From the IMG/VR virus record IMGVR_UViG_3300028533_000217, positions 34,307 to 98,306 of that record: DNA of 64,000 bases; one strand, given 5' to 3'. Source of the stretch: a virus (lineage: Duplodnaviria > Caudoviricetes). The first letter of the stretch is position 1; each line of letters starts with the position of its first letter. The notes below the pieces were generated by a model, which was not told where the DNA came from, did not search any database, and worked only from the letters and a program-made list of their open reading frames with translations. The translations under genes and the position numbers were made by a program. Positions 9,255 to 19,309 of this stretch are shown here, in pieces.

Positions 9255-10899
9255 ATGGCAAATCCTTTATTAAGTGCGTTAAGAGAGAATGATAAAGAAG
9301 GTTTATTTAATGCATCACCAGCAATGGTGTGTTATCCAACAGGAATTCCAACATTAGATTATCAATTAGGATATACGTTAGTATCTAAAGACCAATATGG
9401 AGCAGTAACTGGGACACATGATTGTCTTGGTTTAGTTGGTGGTAGTTTTATAACTATCATAGGAAAATCAGGAACTGCAAAAACAGCGATAGCATGTAAA
9501 ATGGGAGCGGAAATAGTTAAAAATCATAAATCAAGTTTCGTTTTACATTATGATTTAGAACAAGCATTAAACCCAACAAGGGTTATGAATGTAACAGGAT
9601 TAACAAATGCAGAATATATGGACCATTATGTATTAAAATCTTCACGTTCATATATTGAGGATATATTTGATACGATTATGGATATAGCAAATGAAAAGCA
9701 AAAGAATAAAAAACTTTATCAGTATACAACTGATTTTAAAGATGAGTTTGGTCAACCAATAACATTATACGAGCCAACAGTATTCATAATAGATTCGATA
9801 CCAGTATTGGCTACAAGACCAGATCAAAAGAAAGTTAAAGCTAAGAAAGGTTCAGGTCAAGAAGATTATTATGTTGAAGACCAAGAGATAGAAGGTCAAA
9901 CATATGCAATGAGGGTAGCAAGAGCATTAAAGCAATTCTTTAGTAGATTAATACCAATAATAAAAGAATTTAATATAACTATAATAAGTATTAACCATAT
10001 AAATCAAAAGATAGAAATAAATCCATTTGCAAAATCACAAGCACAAGTTTTATATCTAAAACAAGACGAAAGTTTGCCTGGAGGAAATGCACCCATTAAC
10101 GCAAATAGTGGCATATAATAGTAATATTATATGAAAACCTCTTTAATTGCTGGAAAGCCTAAGTCCTTTAACGAGGATATGGTAATCAGCAGCCAAGGTA
10201 TATAATTAAAAGTATGTCAAAGATGCTAAAAGAAATAGACGTAGAGGATAAAAATAAATTGTATACAAGGTTCAACGACTATCGAAAGGGTAGCTATGGA
10301 GAAAGACCATAGTGAGAACCGAGTAGAGTACACTCAAGCGAGTGGAAATGGGAGGGTTCCTATATTTGGTAACAGAATATAGGATTATGATATAGTCTGC
10401 TCTATATGGAAACATATAGAAGGTATAGAAGTAGCGTTCTATATCGTAACAAATAGGATATTTTGCTAATACATTAATAAAACATGTTGCAGTAGGAAGT
10501 TCTAAATGTACGGTAGAAGAAGATGGATATTCAGGATTTAGAATAAATGCTGAAATAATAAAATCAAGAACGAATATATCTGGAGCAAAAGTCCCAATGA
10601 TATATGACCAAGATCACGGATTTAGTAAGGAAAGAACATTATTAGAATATGCAAGAGATTTAGGATTAATTAATGGATCTAGAATAGCTGCTAGATATTT
10701 AGGTGATGATGATAGTGTTAAATTTAACGAAAAGGATATAGTAAACGAATATCAGAATAGAGAAGAAGTACGAGCAGCTTTTGATAAGTGGGTGTACCCA
10801 CATCTAGAACAAATGTTATCTAGAGTAAATAAAGAAGAAGAAAAAGAAATGATGGAAAAAGACCAAAATGATTTATTAAACATAATAGATGAAGATTAG
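9255..10899 (+). CDS. RecA/UvsX-like recombinase, intron-split (exons 9255-10096 and 10458-10899, ~427 aa)
   Basis: PTGIPTLD, Walker A GKSGTAKT, DLEQAL, IIDSIP, INHI; spliced junction gives the RecA L2-adjacent motif PGGNAPI|YFANTLIK; KSRTN. Confidence 0.88.
10097..10457 (+). mobile_element. Group I intron, no internal ORF (361 nt)
   Basis: 5' exon ends cccaT pairing with IGS gtgg; core nearly identical to the 1610 intron; terminal G at 10457; removal restores the frame. Confidence 0.9.
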
Positions 10900-10932
10900 A
10901 CGGATGATTAATTTCATCCGTCTTTTTTCTAA

Positions 10933-10972
10933 TGTAAAAGATAAAATTTCAATTATATATTATATCAATGAA
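10933..10972 (+). promoter_or_regulatory. Putative early promoter
   Basis: TGTAAAAGATAAAATTTCAATTATATATTATATCAATGAA. Confidence 0.75.
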
Positions 10973-11000
10973 ATAAATAATATATAATTGGAGGAGTAAC

Positions 11001-11336
11001 ATGATAAAATTAATAAATGATATGGAAGCTGTTAAAATATTTGGTGTATCAACACCTAATTCTAGAGTTATAATGTATAATGATATACCTGCAGGTATAA
11101 TAGATTTCTATGTAGGACATAACTATGTAAAAATAATGTATATAACTATAAGTGATGAACATAGAAGAAAAGGTATAGCTGCTGAGGTTATAAATATGCT
11201 AAAGAATAATCATCAAGGTAAATTTATGTATGGAGATTCAGTTCCAGGAGCATTAAGATTCTGGGAAAGCATGGGAGCAGAATTTGATGAAGATCCTGAT
11301 GAAGATTATTTAACTCCATTTCACATAGAATGTTAG
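11001..11336 (+). CDS. GNAT acetyltransferase (array member 1)
   Basis: ITISDEHRRKGIA acetyl-CoA motif; ALRFWESMG. Confidence 0.85.
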   Translation: MIKLINDMEAVKIFGVSTPNSRVIMYNDIPAGIIDFYVGHNYVKIMYITISDEHRRKGIAAEVINMLKNNHQGKFMYGDSVPGALRFWESMGAEFDEDPDEDYLTPFHIEC

Positions 11337-11345
11337 GAGGATTAT

Positions 11346-11660
11346 ATGATTAAACTTGTATTGACAAATACGATTAAAGATAGGTATTATATTCATTTAA
11401 ATGATGAAGTAGTTGGTGTGATAGAATATAAGGATTATGGAGATGAAATAGAAATAAAATATATAAAGATTCATAAAGAATATAGACGTATGGGTATAGC
11501 AACAAGAGCTGTTAATATGTTAAAGAGTAGAACTAATTTGATAACAGGTGATTCTTTACCTGAAGCATTAGAATTTTGGAAGTCGTTAAATGCACAATTC
11601 TATGAACCATTTGAAAATGATGATGTAGTATTAACACCATTTATATTAAAAAATTATTAG
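11346..11660 (+). CDS. GNAT acetyltransferase (array member 2)
   Basis: IKIHKEYRRMGIA; ALEFWKSLN. Confidence 0.85.
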   Translation: MIKLVLTNTIKDRYYIHLNDEVVGVIEYKDYGDEIEIKYIKIHKEYRRMGIATRAVNMLKSRTNLITGDSLPEALEFWKSLNAQFYEPFENDDVVLTPFILKNY

Positions 11661-11666
11661 GAGGTT

Positions 11667-12032
11667 GTGTGTATGATGATATTTGGTGAAAGTTATTATA
11701 ATGAGTGGTTAGGACCTGTATATACAATTTTAATAGATAAAGAAGAAGCCGGATCAGTTAGATACGAAGAAGTCGGATCAGTTAGATACGAAGAAGGAGA
11801 AGATGAAGTTTGGATTGACGTTTTATCATTTGAATGTGGTTACAAACAATTTGAAAATTTTGCAGAAGCTATTGATATATTAAAATCTATGTTCCCTGGA
11901 AAGAAATTAACAGGTTTAGCAGGACCGATAGGCTGCTATTGTGGTGATATAGAATATTGGGTTGAATTAGGAGCAATAACTTATCCGGATCCAGATGATG
12001 ATATATTTACAGTATTCGAATTACAATGTTAG
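11667..12032 (+). CDS. Divergent GNAT-like paralog (array member 3)
   Basis: Keeps IEYWVELGA and PDDDIFTVFELQC like its neighbours but lacks R/QxxGxG/A; contains a 24-bp internal duplication (11750-11796). Confidence 0.55.
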   Translation: MCMMIFGESYYNEWLGPVYTILIDKEEAGSVRYEEVGSVRYEEGEDEVWIDVLSFECGYKQFENFAEAIDILKSMFPGKKLTGLAGPIGCYCGDIEYWVELGAITYPDPDDDIFTVFELQC

Positions 12033-12041
12033 GAGGTTAGT

Positions 12042-12365
12042 ATGATTAAATTAATACCTATAAAAGATGATTGTGAAAAAGTTTATATCTTTATGAACGA
12101 TGTTAATATAGGTAAATTGAATTATTATGTTACAAACGATATTGTTATGATAAACTATCTTTTAATATATGAAGAATATAGAAAAGGAGGTCTTGGTAAA
12201 GATATTGTTAATTATATAATGAATCATAACAAAGAAAAAATTATTTATGGTGATGCTTTACCAGAAGCAGTAAAGTTTTGGAAAAAGATGGGAGCGGAGT
12301 TTTCAGATCCGCTCCCATCTAAAATTAAACCAGAAGTATTATTAACACCGTTTAAAATAATATAA
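12042..12365 (+). CDS. GNAT acetyltransferase (array member 4)
   Basis: LLIYEEYRKGGLG; GDALPEAVKFWKKMG. Confidence 0.85.
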   Translation: MIKLIPIKDDCEKVYIFMNDVNIGKLNYYVTNDIVMINYLLIYEEYRKGGLGKDIVNYIMNHNKEKIIYGDALPEAVKFWKKMGAEFSDPLPSKIKPEVLLTPFKII

Positions 12366-12381
12366 ATAGGGAGAGAATATT

Positions 12382-12900
12382 ATGAGCCAAAAAATATCAA
12401 TTGATAGTATATACAACAGATGTGAAATGCTTTATGAATATTGCACAAAATCTTGTAAGTATAATCATTTCATAATAGATGAAGTTAATGAAGATTGGGT
12501 TAAGGAAATGAAAAAAGCAATGAACAATGAAGACAAAAAACGAGCAGTTATGTATTACATGAAAATTGATAGACAGATTGACGAACTTAGAAATAAATAT
12601 TGTTACAATGTATTACCTTATCAATCTTCGTTTAGAGGAATAGCAAAGGACTTATATAGAGAACTTAAAATGTCATGGTTATTATACACCATAGACGATT
12701 TTGATTATATAGGTTACGTTTTAAGATTTATAAGCACGTCTGAACATTATGTTATAAAAGAATTTCTAAAACGAAGAAGTGATACAATGTTTATACAAAA
12801 AGATATACCGATAGATCCAGATAGTTTCTATTGTGGATATATACCTATAGAAGCATTTCTATATTATGCAATAACATTATTCCAAGCGTATAATGTATAA
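12382..12900 (+). CDS. Hypothetical protein
   Basis: ORF with RBS. Confidence 0.6.
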   Translation: MSQKISIDSIYNRCEMLYEYCTKSCKYNHFIIDEVNEDWVKEMKKAMNNEDKKRAVMYYMKIDRQIDELRNKYCYNVLPYQSSFRGIAKDLYRELKMSWLLYTIDDFDYIGYVLRFISTSEHYVIKEFLKRRSDTMFIQKDIPIDPDSFYCGYIPIEAFLYYAITLFQAYNV

Positions 12901-12928
12901 ATTTTAATTATATATTATAAATATGAAT
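12901..12928 (+). promoter_or_regulatory. Putative early promoter
   Basis: TTTTAATTATATATTATAAATATGAA upstream of the nvRNAP subunit. Confidence 0.65.
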
Positions 12929-12950
12929 AATAATTTAGGAGGTAATATAT

Positions 12951-15236
12951 ATGGCTAGAGAGAAAAAACAAGAACAAGTAAAAGTTAATTTTAATAGTGA
13001 TAATGCATTCTTAAAAGAACAACTACAAGAATTAGAAAAGAAATATTATGGAAAAGATGATATCTTTGGTATGACAGCATTAACAAGAATAGGTTATATA
13101 TCAGGGAACAGGGGGATAATGACAACAGGACATCTTAAACAAGCAATGACTCCTATTAATCCTCAATTCCCTAAAGTGTTTACAGAATATGAAAACATGG
13201 TAGGAAAGAACTCAACAGGTATTCAACGTTCTAAAAGAGAATGGAGAATAATTGATAAGATATATAAATTTGAAGAAGGTAACCATATGTATACATTATT
13301 AGTATACGATGAAGCTACAGGATATTATGATGTTATACAAAAGAAATTAGTAGAAGATTTAACAGAAAAATTTGGATTTAGATATAATACAGAAGAATTA
13401 GATAAACTTCAAATAGGAGATATAATTCCAAAAGATTCAGTATTATATAAATCTACGTCATATGATGAATACAACAATTATAGATTTGGAGTTAATGCAA
13501 CATTCTGTTATACATCTGATGTAAGAACTACAGAAGATGCTATTCTTGTAAGTGAATCATTTGCAGATAGTTTCAGATGTGTTGAAGTAGAAACTATAAA
13601 AGTATCAATAAACGACAATGACGTATTATTAAATCTTTATGGAGATGAAAATAATTATAAATGTTTCCCAGATATTGGAGAATATATAAACAATGCAATC
13701 ATATGTGCAACAAGAAGGATTAATAATGAACAGATATTCTATGATTTTAAAGAAACAAATTTAAGAAAGATAAATTTTGGAGAAGATGTTTTATGTATAG
13801 AACATGGGTATGGTGGTAAAATAATAGATATAAAAGTATTCTCAAATAAAACGTATGAAGAAATGGAATTAAATGAATATCATGCACAAGTTAATAGATA
13901 TTATAAAAACGAACAAAGATTTTATAAAGAAATGAAAGAAGCAACAGAACATATAGTATTAGATAATAAAGATCATAGTAGAAACTTCAACTATATGTAT
14001 AAGAAAAGTAAAGATATATTGGATGATAATGTTAAATGGAGTGAACAACAAGGGAAGAAACCATTCAGTAATATAATAATAGAATTCACAGTAGAAAGAG
14101 AAGTTCCATTAAAAGAAGGTAGTAAAATAACAGGGTTATTTGGAAATAAGGGTGTTATATCTAAGATAGTTCCAGATGACGAAATGCCTGTATTAGAAAA
14201 CGGTAAAGTTGTAGATGTTCTATTTAACTGTCTAGGGGTTATAAACAGACTTAACTCTTTCCAATTATTCGAGCAATCTATAAACTTTATAATGAATAGA
14301 ACTATAGATAGAATAAAAACATTAGAAACTAATGACCAAAGAGCTGCGGTTATATTCACAATGATAAAACATTTCAATACAAGACAAGCTAATGAAATGG
14401 GTGAAATGTATAGTAAATTAAATGTTGAAGAAAGAGAAGAGTTTATACAAGATGTTTATGAAAGAGGTATATTTGTACACATCCCACCATTCTGGCATGA
14501 GAGACCATTGTTTGACGTATTAAATGAAATATATGCTAAATATGATTGGTTAACTCCATATAAAGCTTATATTAAAAAGAATGGTAGATATAGACCAATA
14601 ATGAATGAATTGATAGTTGGTGAGATGTATATAATAAGATTAAAGCAAACAGCATCTAAAGGTTTAAGTACAAGATCTGTTGGTGGTGTTAACTTAATAG
14701 GAGTTCCTGTTAAAGATGCACAAGCAAAAGAAAATAAAATCTTATATAGTAAAACTCCTTGTAGATTAGGTCTTGATGAGGTTCTAAATCTATTAATAGG
14801 AATGGATCCATATGATCTAGCTAAGATGAGTATGAGTTATAGAAACTCTATAGAAGGAACACATGATTTACCAGTTCAGTTATTAAAACAAGGATTGGTT
14901 GAACAACTTAGAGACGATGATAAAATAATCAATAGAAATATAGAAGTATTCAACGCTTATCTGAAAACGATGGGTTACAAATTACAACAATCAGAAACTA
15001 TTAAAGAACTAATCTTCGAATCAATAGATAATGATTTACATGAAAGAATATTACCTAATGGTGAGAAAGTATTAGTTACAGATGATAAATATATTGAATT
15101 ATTAATAGAACATAAGATTGATAAATATTTTGAGGAAGAAATATTTATAGGACCTATGGAAGAATATGAAGAACTTAGAAAAGAATTATTTAATAAGTTT
15201 AAGAAAGAAATAGAAGAAACTAAATATGAACTATAG
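12951..15236 (+). CDS. Non-virion RNA polymerase beta subunit, C-terminal part
   Basis: RGIMTTGHLKQA, TEDAILVSES, GSKITGLFGNKGVISKIVPDDEMP, DVLFNCLGVINRLN, GEMYIIRLKQ. Confidence 0.92.
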   Translation: MAREKKQEQVKVNFNSDNAFLKEQLQELEKKYYGKDDIFGMTALTRIGYISGNRGIMTTGHLKQAMTPINPQFPKVFTEYENMVGKNSTGIQRSKREWRIIDKIYKFEEGNHMYTLLVYDEATGYYDVIQKKLVEDLTEKFGFRYNTEELDKLQIGDIIPKDSVLYKSTSYDEYNNYRFGVNATFCYTSDVRTTEDAILVSESFADSFRCVEVETIKVSINDNDVLLNLYGDENNYKCFPDIGEYINNAIICATRRINNEQIFYDFKETNLRKINFGEDVLCIEHGYGGKIIDIKVFSNKTYEEMELNEYHAQVNRYYKNEQRFYKEMKEATEHIVLDNKDHSRNFNYMYKKSKDILDDNVKWSEQQGKKPFSNIIIEFTVEREVPLKEGSKITGLFGNKGVISKIVPDDEMPVLENGKVVDVLFNCLGVINRLNSFQLFEQSINFIMNRTIDRIKTLETNDQRAAVIFTMIKHFNTRQANEMGEMYSKLNVEEREEFIQDVYERGIFVHIPPFWHERPLFDVLNEIYAKYDWLTPYKAYIKKNGRYRPIMNELIVGEMYIIRLKQTASKGLSTRSVGGVNLIGVPVKDAQAKENKILYSKTPCRLGLDEVLNLLIGMDPYDLAKMSMSYRNSIEGTHDLPVQLLKQGLVEQLRDDDKIINRNIEVFNAYLKTMGYKLQQSETIKELIFESIDNDLHERILPNGEKVLVTDDKYIELLIEHKIDKYFEEEIFIGPMEEYEELRKELFNKFKKEIEETKYEL

Positions 15237-15275
15237 AGAATATTCTCTATAGTTCATTTTATATGTTCCTGAAAG

Positions 15276-15315
15276 TGTAATTCTCAAAATTTTAAGCCTA
15301 TATTATAACAGTGAA
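15276..15315 (+). promoter_or_regulatory. Putative early promoter
   Basis: TGTAA..TTTTAAGCCTATATTATAACAGTGAA. Confidence 0.6.
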
Positions 15316-15353
15316 GTAAATAAAATATATAATAAATTTAGGAGGATTTTAAT

Positions 15354-16097
15354 ATGAAAAAATATAATTTAAATTTAAAAGAAAACGAAGAAATGATGTA
15401 TGATTGTGATGATTTAATGGAACAAGAATTAGTAACATTCAAAAAATCAATAAAAGACATAAAAGAAAAAGATATAACAAAATTTGGTAACTGGACTAAA
15501 ATATATAAAGCATTAAACTATGATATAATTGAAGGATTAGAAGTTAAGAATACAATAAAATTTAATGATTATTCAGCAGTTGTAGAAATAACATTTAGAG
15601 GAAAAACTGAATATGATCTAATAAATTTAAATCCAGAATCAATGACAGTTGCTTGTATGAATGTTAAAGAAGATAAAGTTAGACCATATGTTATAAGAAG
15701 ATTATTAGTTCCTCAAACAGTTGAAGAAGCTTTAATGTATGCTAAATCTCCATTACCAGAAGATGGAATAAAATCTGTAGCAAAAACTATAGAAACAGTT
15801 AAAAATCCTAAGGCAGTTTCTATGAACCAACCTAAAGAACAACCTAAGAAAGATGATAAGAAAGAAGAAGTAAAACAACAAGTTAAAACTGAAGAACAAC
15901 CTAAGAAACAACAAGCTAAAGAACAACCTAAGAAAGTAGCAACAACTCCAAAATATAGTGGTAGACCAGAAGTGAAAAATTATCCACAACCAGATTATAG
16001 TGTAGCTGTAGGTAGAAAAGAAAGAATAAAACCTGAACCTAAGAAACCAGCTCCTAAATGTGGATGGCAACCAGATGGAAGTTATAAATTCTATTAA
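15354..16097 (+). CDS. Hypothetical protein with low-complexity EQPKK repeats
   Basis: ORF with RBS aggagg; repeated gaacaacctaagaaa. Confidence 0.65.
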   Translation: MKKYNLNLKENEEMMYDCDDLMEQELVTFKKSIKDIKEKDITKFGNWTKIYKALNYDIIEGLEVKNTIKFNDYSAVVEITFRGKTEYDLINLNPESMTVACMNVKEDKVRPYVIRRLLVPQTVEEALMYAKSPLPEDGIKSVAKTIETVKNPKAVSMNQPKEQPKKDDKKEEVKQQVKTEEQPKKQQAKEQPKKVATTPKYSGRPEVKNYPQPDYSVAVGRKERIKPEPKKPAPKCGWQPDGSYKFY

Positions 16098-16173
16098 GAT
16101 AAGAGCTAAGCTCTTATCTTTTTATATTCTTTAACACAATTAAATATATATTTAAAATTAGGAGGTATTTAAT

Positions 16174-18261
16174 ATGAGTAAGAAAATATCAATATACCAT
16201 CAATTAGATGTAATTCATAAAGAGTTATTAAAAATGGATGATGATTCTGTAAATGAAATAGTCGAAATGCTTAAAGGGATAAACTTCGAAGGTATTGTAG
16301 AATTCTTCAATGAAGCTGATAAATTAGATGATATGGATTTATTTACATGTAGGAAACTTGTAGAAATACTACAATTTATTTATAATAATACAGATATAGT
16401 CCCACCAGTATCAGATGAGACGTATGATAAATTATATCAGATAATGTTAGATGCTGGTTTAGGAGATATTGTGGGTTCCGTTAATAGTCAAGGTAAACCA
16501 GTTAGAGAGCATAGATATCCTGATTTAAGAGGAACTTTAAATAAAGTACATTTTGTGTTTAATCTTGATAAAGAAGGAGATAAAAGAAGAAGTATAGAAG
16601 ATTGGATAACAACTATAGAAAATATCTTAGGATATCCTATAAATAATTCTAAAGATTTTGAATTAAGATTACAAGCTAAATGGGATGGATGTTCGGCAGT
16701 ATTCGAGTGTGATGAAGAAGGTGAATTAGAACATGTATTAATGAGGGGTGATACGGAAAAGAACTTGGCAGTTGATATATTAGAGTTATTTAAAGATAAA
16801 ATAAGTTTTAATCAATTTGCAAATGGTAAAGATAAATTTGCAATACAAACAGAAGTTCTTATGAATCAATCTGCATATGAAAGAATAATAAAAGAATATA
16901 AAGATTTCAAATCTCCTCGTTCAGCAACTTCATCAATATTAAATGAAAAAGTTTTACAACCAGAACTTACAGAGTATTTAACAGTAGAGCCATTAAGAAT
17001 ACAATATGTGGGAAAACAACCCGAAATAATTCCAAATGAAGAATTTGATATGATATCAAACTTATTTGATTTGAGAGATATTAGAGAATGTATAAGACAA
17101 ATAAATGAACATGCTAAAGCTGAAGGTAAAAGTACAGATGGTGTAGTATTACATCTTATAGATAAAAATATGCAGAATAAATTAGGTAGAGACGGAGCTA
17201 TAAACAGATATGAAGTTGCTTATAAATTTCCAGCAGAAGCTAAGAAGGCTAAATTAATAGATATAGATTTCTCTTATGGATTAGGAGGTAATATAACACC
17301 TGTAGCGAAAATAGAACCTATTGTAATGTTAGGTAAAACTATAAGTTCTATATCTATAGGTTCTATAGATAGATTTAGAAGTATGCAACATAAATTATGT
17401 TCAGGAAGTGAGATAATAGTAAGATATGAAATAATTCCATATATGGAAGTGAATGATACATGCAAAGTAAATGGATTCGGTAAACCTTTCTATATTCCAA
17501 CACATTGTAAACATTGTGGTCATCAATTAGTAGAGGATCCATTATTAAAATGTATTAATGAAGATTGTCCTTCAAGAATAATAGGGAATGTTGTAAACTA
17601 TATAAATAAGATGAGAATAGAAAATATAAATATAGAAACAGTTTCAACATTATTTGACCAAGGTATAATAACTAAAATAGAATCATTGTATGAACTAGAT
17701 AAACATAAATCTAAAATAGTTTCATTACCAGGATTTGGAGAAAAATCTTATGAAAAAATGATTGATGGTGTTAATAAGCGTAAAGTTGTATTTGATTATG
17801 AACTATTAGGTTCATTAGGAATTCAATCTATAGGTGTAAGAATGTTTAAGAAGATATTATCCGTTATGGATTTAGAAACATTATTGAGATTAGCTAAAGA
17901 CGGAATGTTGGCAATTAATTTAATGGGGTTATCTGGATTTGGAGAGAAAACAGCTAATAGAGTTCAACATGGTATATTAAGTAAATTACCGACTATATAT
18001 TATCTATTGAACGTTATACAATTAAAAGAAAAAGTTGCTCCAGGAAAATTGAAAGGAAAAGTATGTTTCTCTCAAATAAGAGATCCTAAATTTGAATCAG
18101 TATTAATACAAAATGGATATGAAGTGGTTGATTCATTAACTAAATCTACAGATTATTTAGTAGTACCAAATCCTGAAGTAACATCTAGTAAAATAACAAA
18201 AGCTAAAAAGTATGGAATTCAAATATATAGCTTAGAGGAAGCAAAATTAAAATTAAAATAA
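16174..18261 (+). CDS. ligA: NAD-dependent DNA ligase
   Basis: SDETYD, KWDG adenylation motif, DGVV, AYKFPA, Zn finger CKHC..C....C, HhH repeats, C-terminal BRCT. Confidence 0.95.
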   Translation: MSKKISIYHQLDVIHKELLKMDDDSVNEIVEMLKGINFEGIVEFFNEADKLDDMDLFTCRKLVEILQFIYNNTDIVPPVSDETYDKLYQIMLDAGLGDIVGSVNSQGKPVREHRYPDLRGTLNKVHFVFNLDKEGDKRRSIEDWITTIENILGYPINNSKDFELRLQAKWDGCSAVFECDEEGELEHVLMRGDTEKNLAVDILELFKDKISFNQFANGKDKFAIQTEVLMNQSAYERIIKEYKDFKSPRSATSSILNEKVLQPELTEYLTVEPLRIQYVGKQPEIIPNEEFDMISNLFDLRDIRECIRQINEHAKAEGKSTDGVVLHLIDKNMQNKLGRDGAINRYEVAYKFPAEAKKAKLIDIDFSYGLGGNITPVAKIEPIVMLGKTISSISIGSIDRFRSMQHKLCSGSEIIVRYEIIPYMEVNDTCKVNGFGKPFYIPTHCKHCGHQLVEDPLLKCINEDCPSRIIGNVVNYINKMRIENINIETVSTLFDQGIITKIESLYELDKHKSKIVSLPGFGEKSYEKMIDGVNKRKVVFDYELLGSLGIQSIGVRMFKKILSVMDLETLLRLAKDGMLAINLMGLSGFGEKTANRVQHGILSKLPTIYYLLNVIQLKEKVAPGKLKGKVCFSQIRDPKFESVLIQNGYEVVDSLTKSTDYLVVPNPEVTSSKITKAKKYGIQIYSLEEAKLKLK

Positions 18262-18263
18262 AG

Positions 18264-18275
18264 AACAATAAATTA
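18264..18275 (+). promoter_or_regulatory. Late promoter upstream of the large non-coding region
   Basis: AACA ataaat TA. Confidence 0.6.
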
Positions 18276-18635
18276 ATAATGTTAGGGTAAATAAAATAGG
18301 ATTAGTCTCTTAGTAACATGAGAATTACTTAACCGTAACCAGAACGACGTAAGCTGATAATTCCAGTGATACGGATTAGTAAGCATCGGTTATGCATGTG
18401 AAAAGAGGCTAAAGAACTATTTTTAAGATTTTACCCTGTATAAATTTTGAGTCTCATAGCACTGAATTTTTTATATATTATTTCGAGTGAATGAGTCTAA
18501 TTGTTACTAAGTACGTTCTATCAGTACGTCTTATCATATAGATAATTCAGGAAAGTGGTTCAGGAAAACAGTCAACGATTAGCCCCGAGATATCGAATTG
18601 GTTATTAAAAAGTTTAGTTATATAAGGCGATTTTA
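18275..18635 (+). ncRNA. Candidate large pseudoknotted ncRNA
   Basis: No ORF; long-range complementarities 18284-91/18430-37, 18302-11/18403-12, 18309-18/18502-11, 18346-59/18519-30. Confidence 0.6.
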
Positions 18636-18642
18636 TATTTTT

Positions 18643-18782
18643 TTTAATTTGAACTGGTGATACACGACTGAGGTTACTTAGCATTGACAACATAGGATTT
18701 GACCTTGCGGTAATCAAATATAACTTGAAATTATTTAAGTTGTATAAAGGTTGTGTATCACCCTTCCTACGTTCAAATTAAA
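18643..18782 (+). ncRNA. Candidate ~140-nt structured RNA domain
   Basis: Closing stems 18643-54/18771-82 and 18656-68/18750-62 enclosing internal hairpins. Confidence 0.55.
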
Positions 18783-18838
18783 TTTTATTAACAATATAAC
18801 AAATATGTAGATTAAATAATATATAGGAGGTAATATTT

Positions 18839-19195
18839 ATGAATGGAAAGAAAATAACAAAAACTATTTTAGTTATAGGTAGAGTAGAATTTAAAGGTGC
18901 TCAATGGAATATTTTAAAAAGAATAATGGGTGTTTCTGAAGAAGAATATGAAAACTGTATAATAAATTTAGTTAATAAACCTTTATCATTTACAGTGCCT
19001 GATAATGTACAAAAATATGATTTAGTCGTAACTTCACAATCAGGACCGTTATTATTAAGAAATATGAAGAAAAGATGTAAAGATGTCCCACTAATAAAAC
19101 CTTATTGGGATAAGGAAAAGAAATTTGTAGGATTTATGAAATTAAATGAAGTTGTAGTTAAATATGATTACGAACTTTTCAGATTTGAAAAATAA
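18839..19195 (+). CDS. Hypothetical protein
   Basis: RBS aggagg; late promoter AACA aatatg TA at 18798-18809. Confidence 0.65.
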   Translation: MNGKKITKTILVIGRVEFKGAQWNILKRIMGVSEEEYENCIINLVNKPLSFTVPDNVQKYDLVVTSQSGPLLLRNMKKRCKDVPLIKPYWDKEKKFVGFMKLNEVVVKYDYELFRFEK

Positions 19196-19241
19196 CAGCA
19201 TTAGACATCTATAGAGATATAGATGTCTAATTTTATGTTAC

Positions 19242-19282
19242 TGTAAAAAGGTTATATTTCAATTATATATTATAATAATGAA
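19242..19282 (+). promoter_or_regulatory. Putative early promoter
   Basis: TGTAAAAAGGTTATATTTCAATTATATATTATAATAATGAA. Confidence 0.75.
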
Positions 19283-19309
19283 TAAAAATAATATTAGGAG
19301 GTAATTGAT

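Noticed and set aside
9255-10899. Recombinase, terminase and RNAP genes as pseudogenes or frameshifts
   Set aside because: Each break is fully explained by a group I intron whose removal restores frame and motifs
16133-16144. Late promoter before ligA
   Set aside because: Reads AACA caatta AA, a mismatch at the TA position; not called
18548-18570. RNase P RNA (aggaaagt)
   Set aside because: Lacks the GAGGAAAGUCC context and the complementary 3' P4 strand
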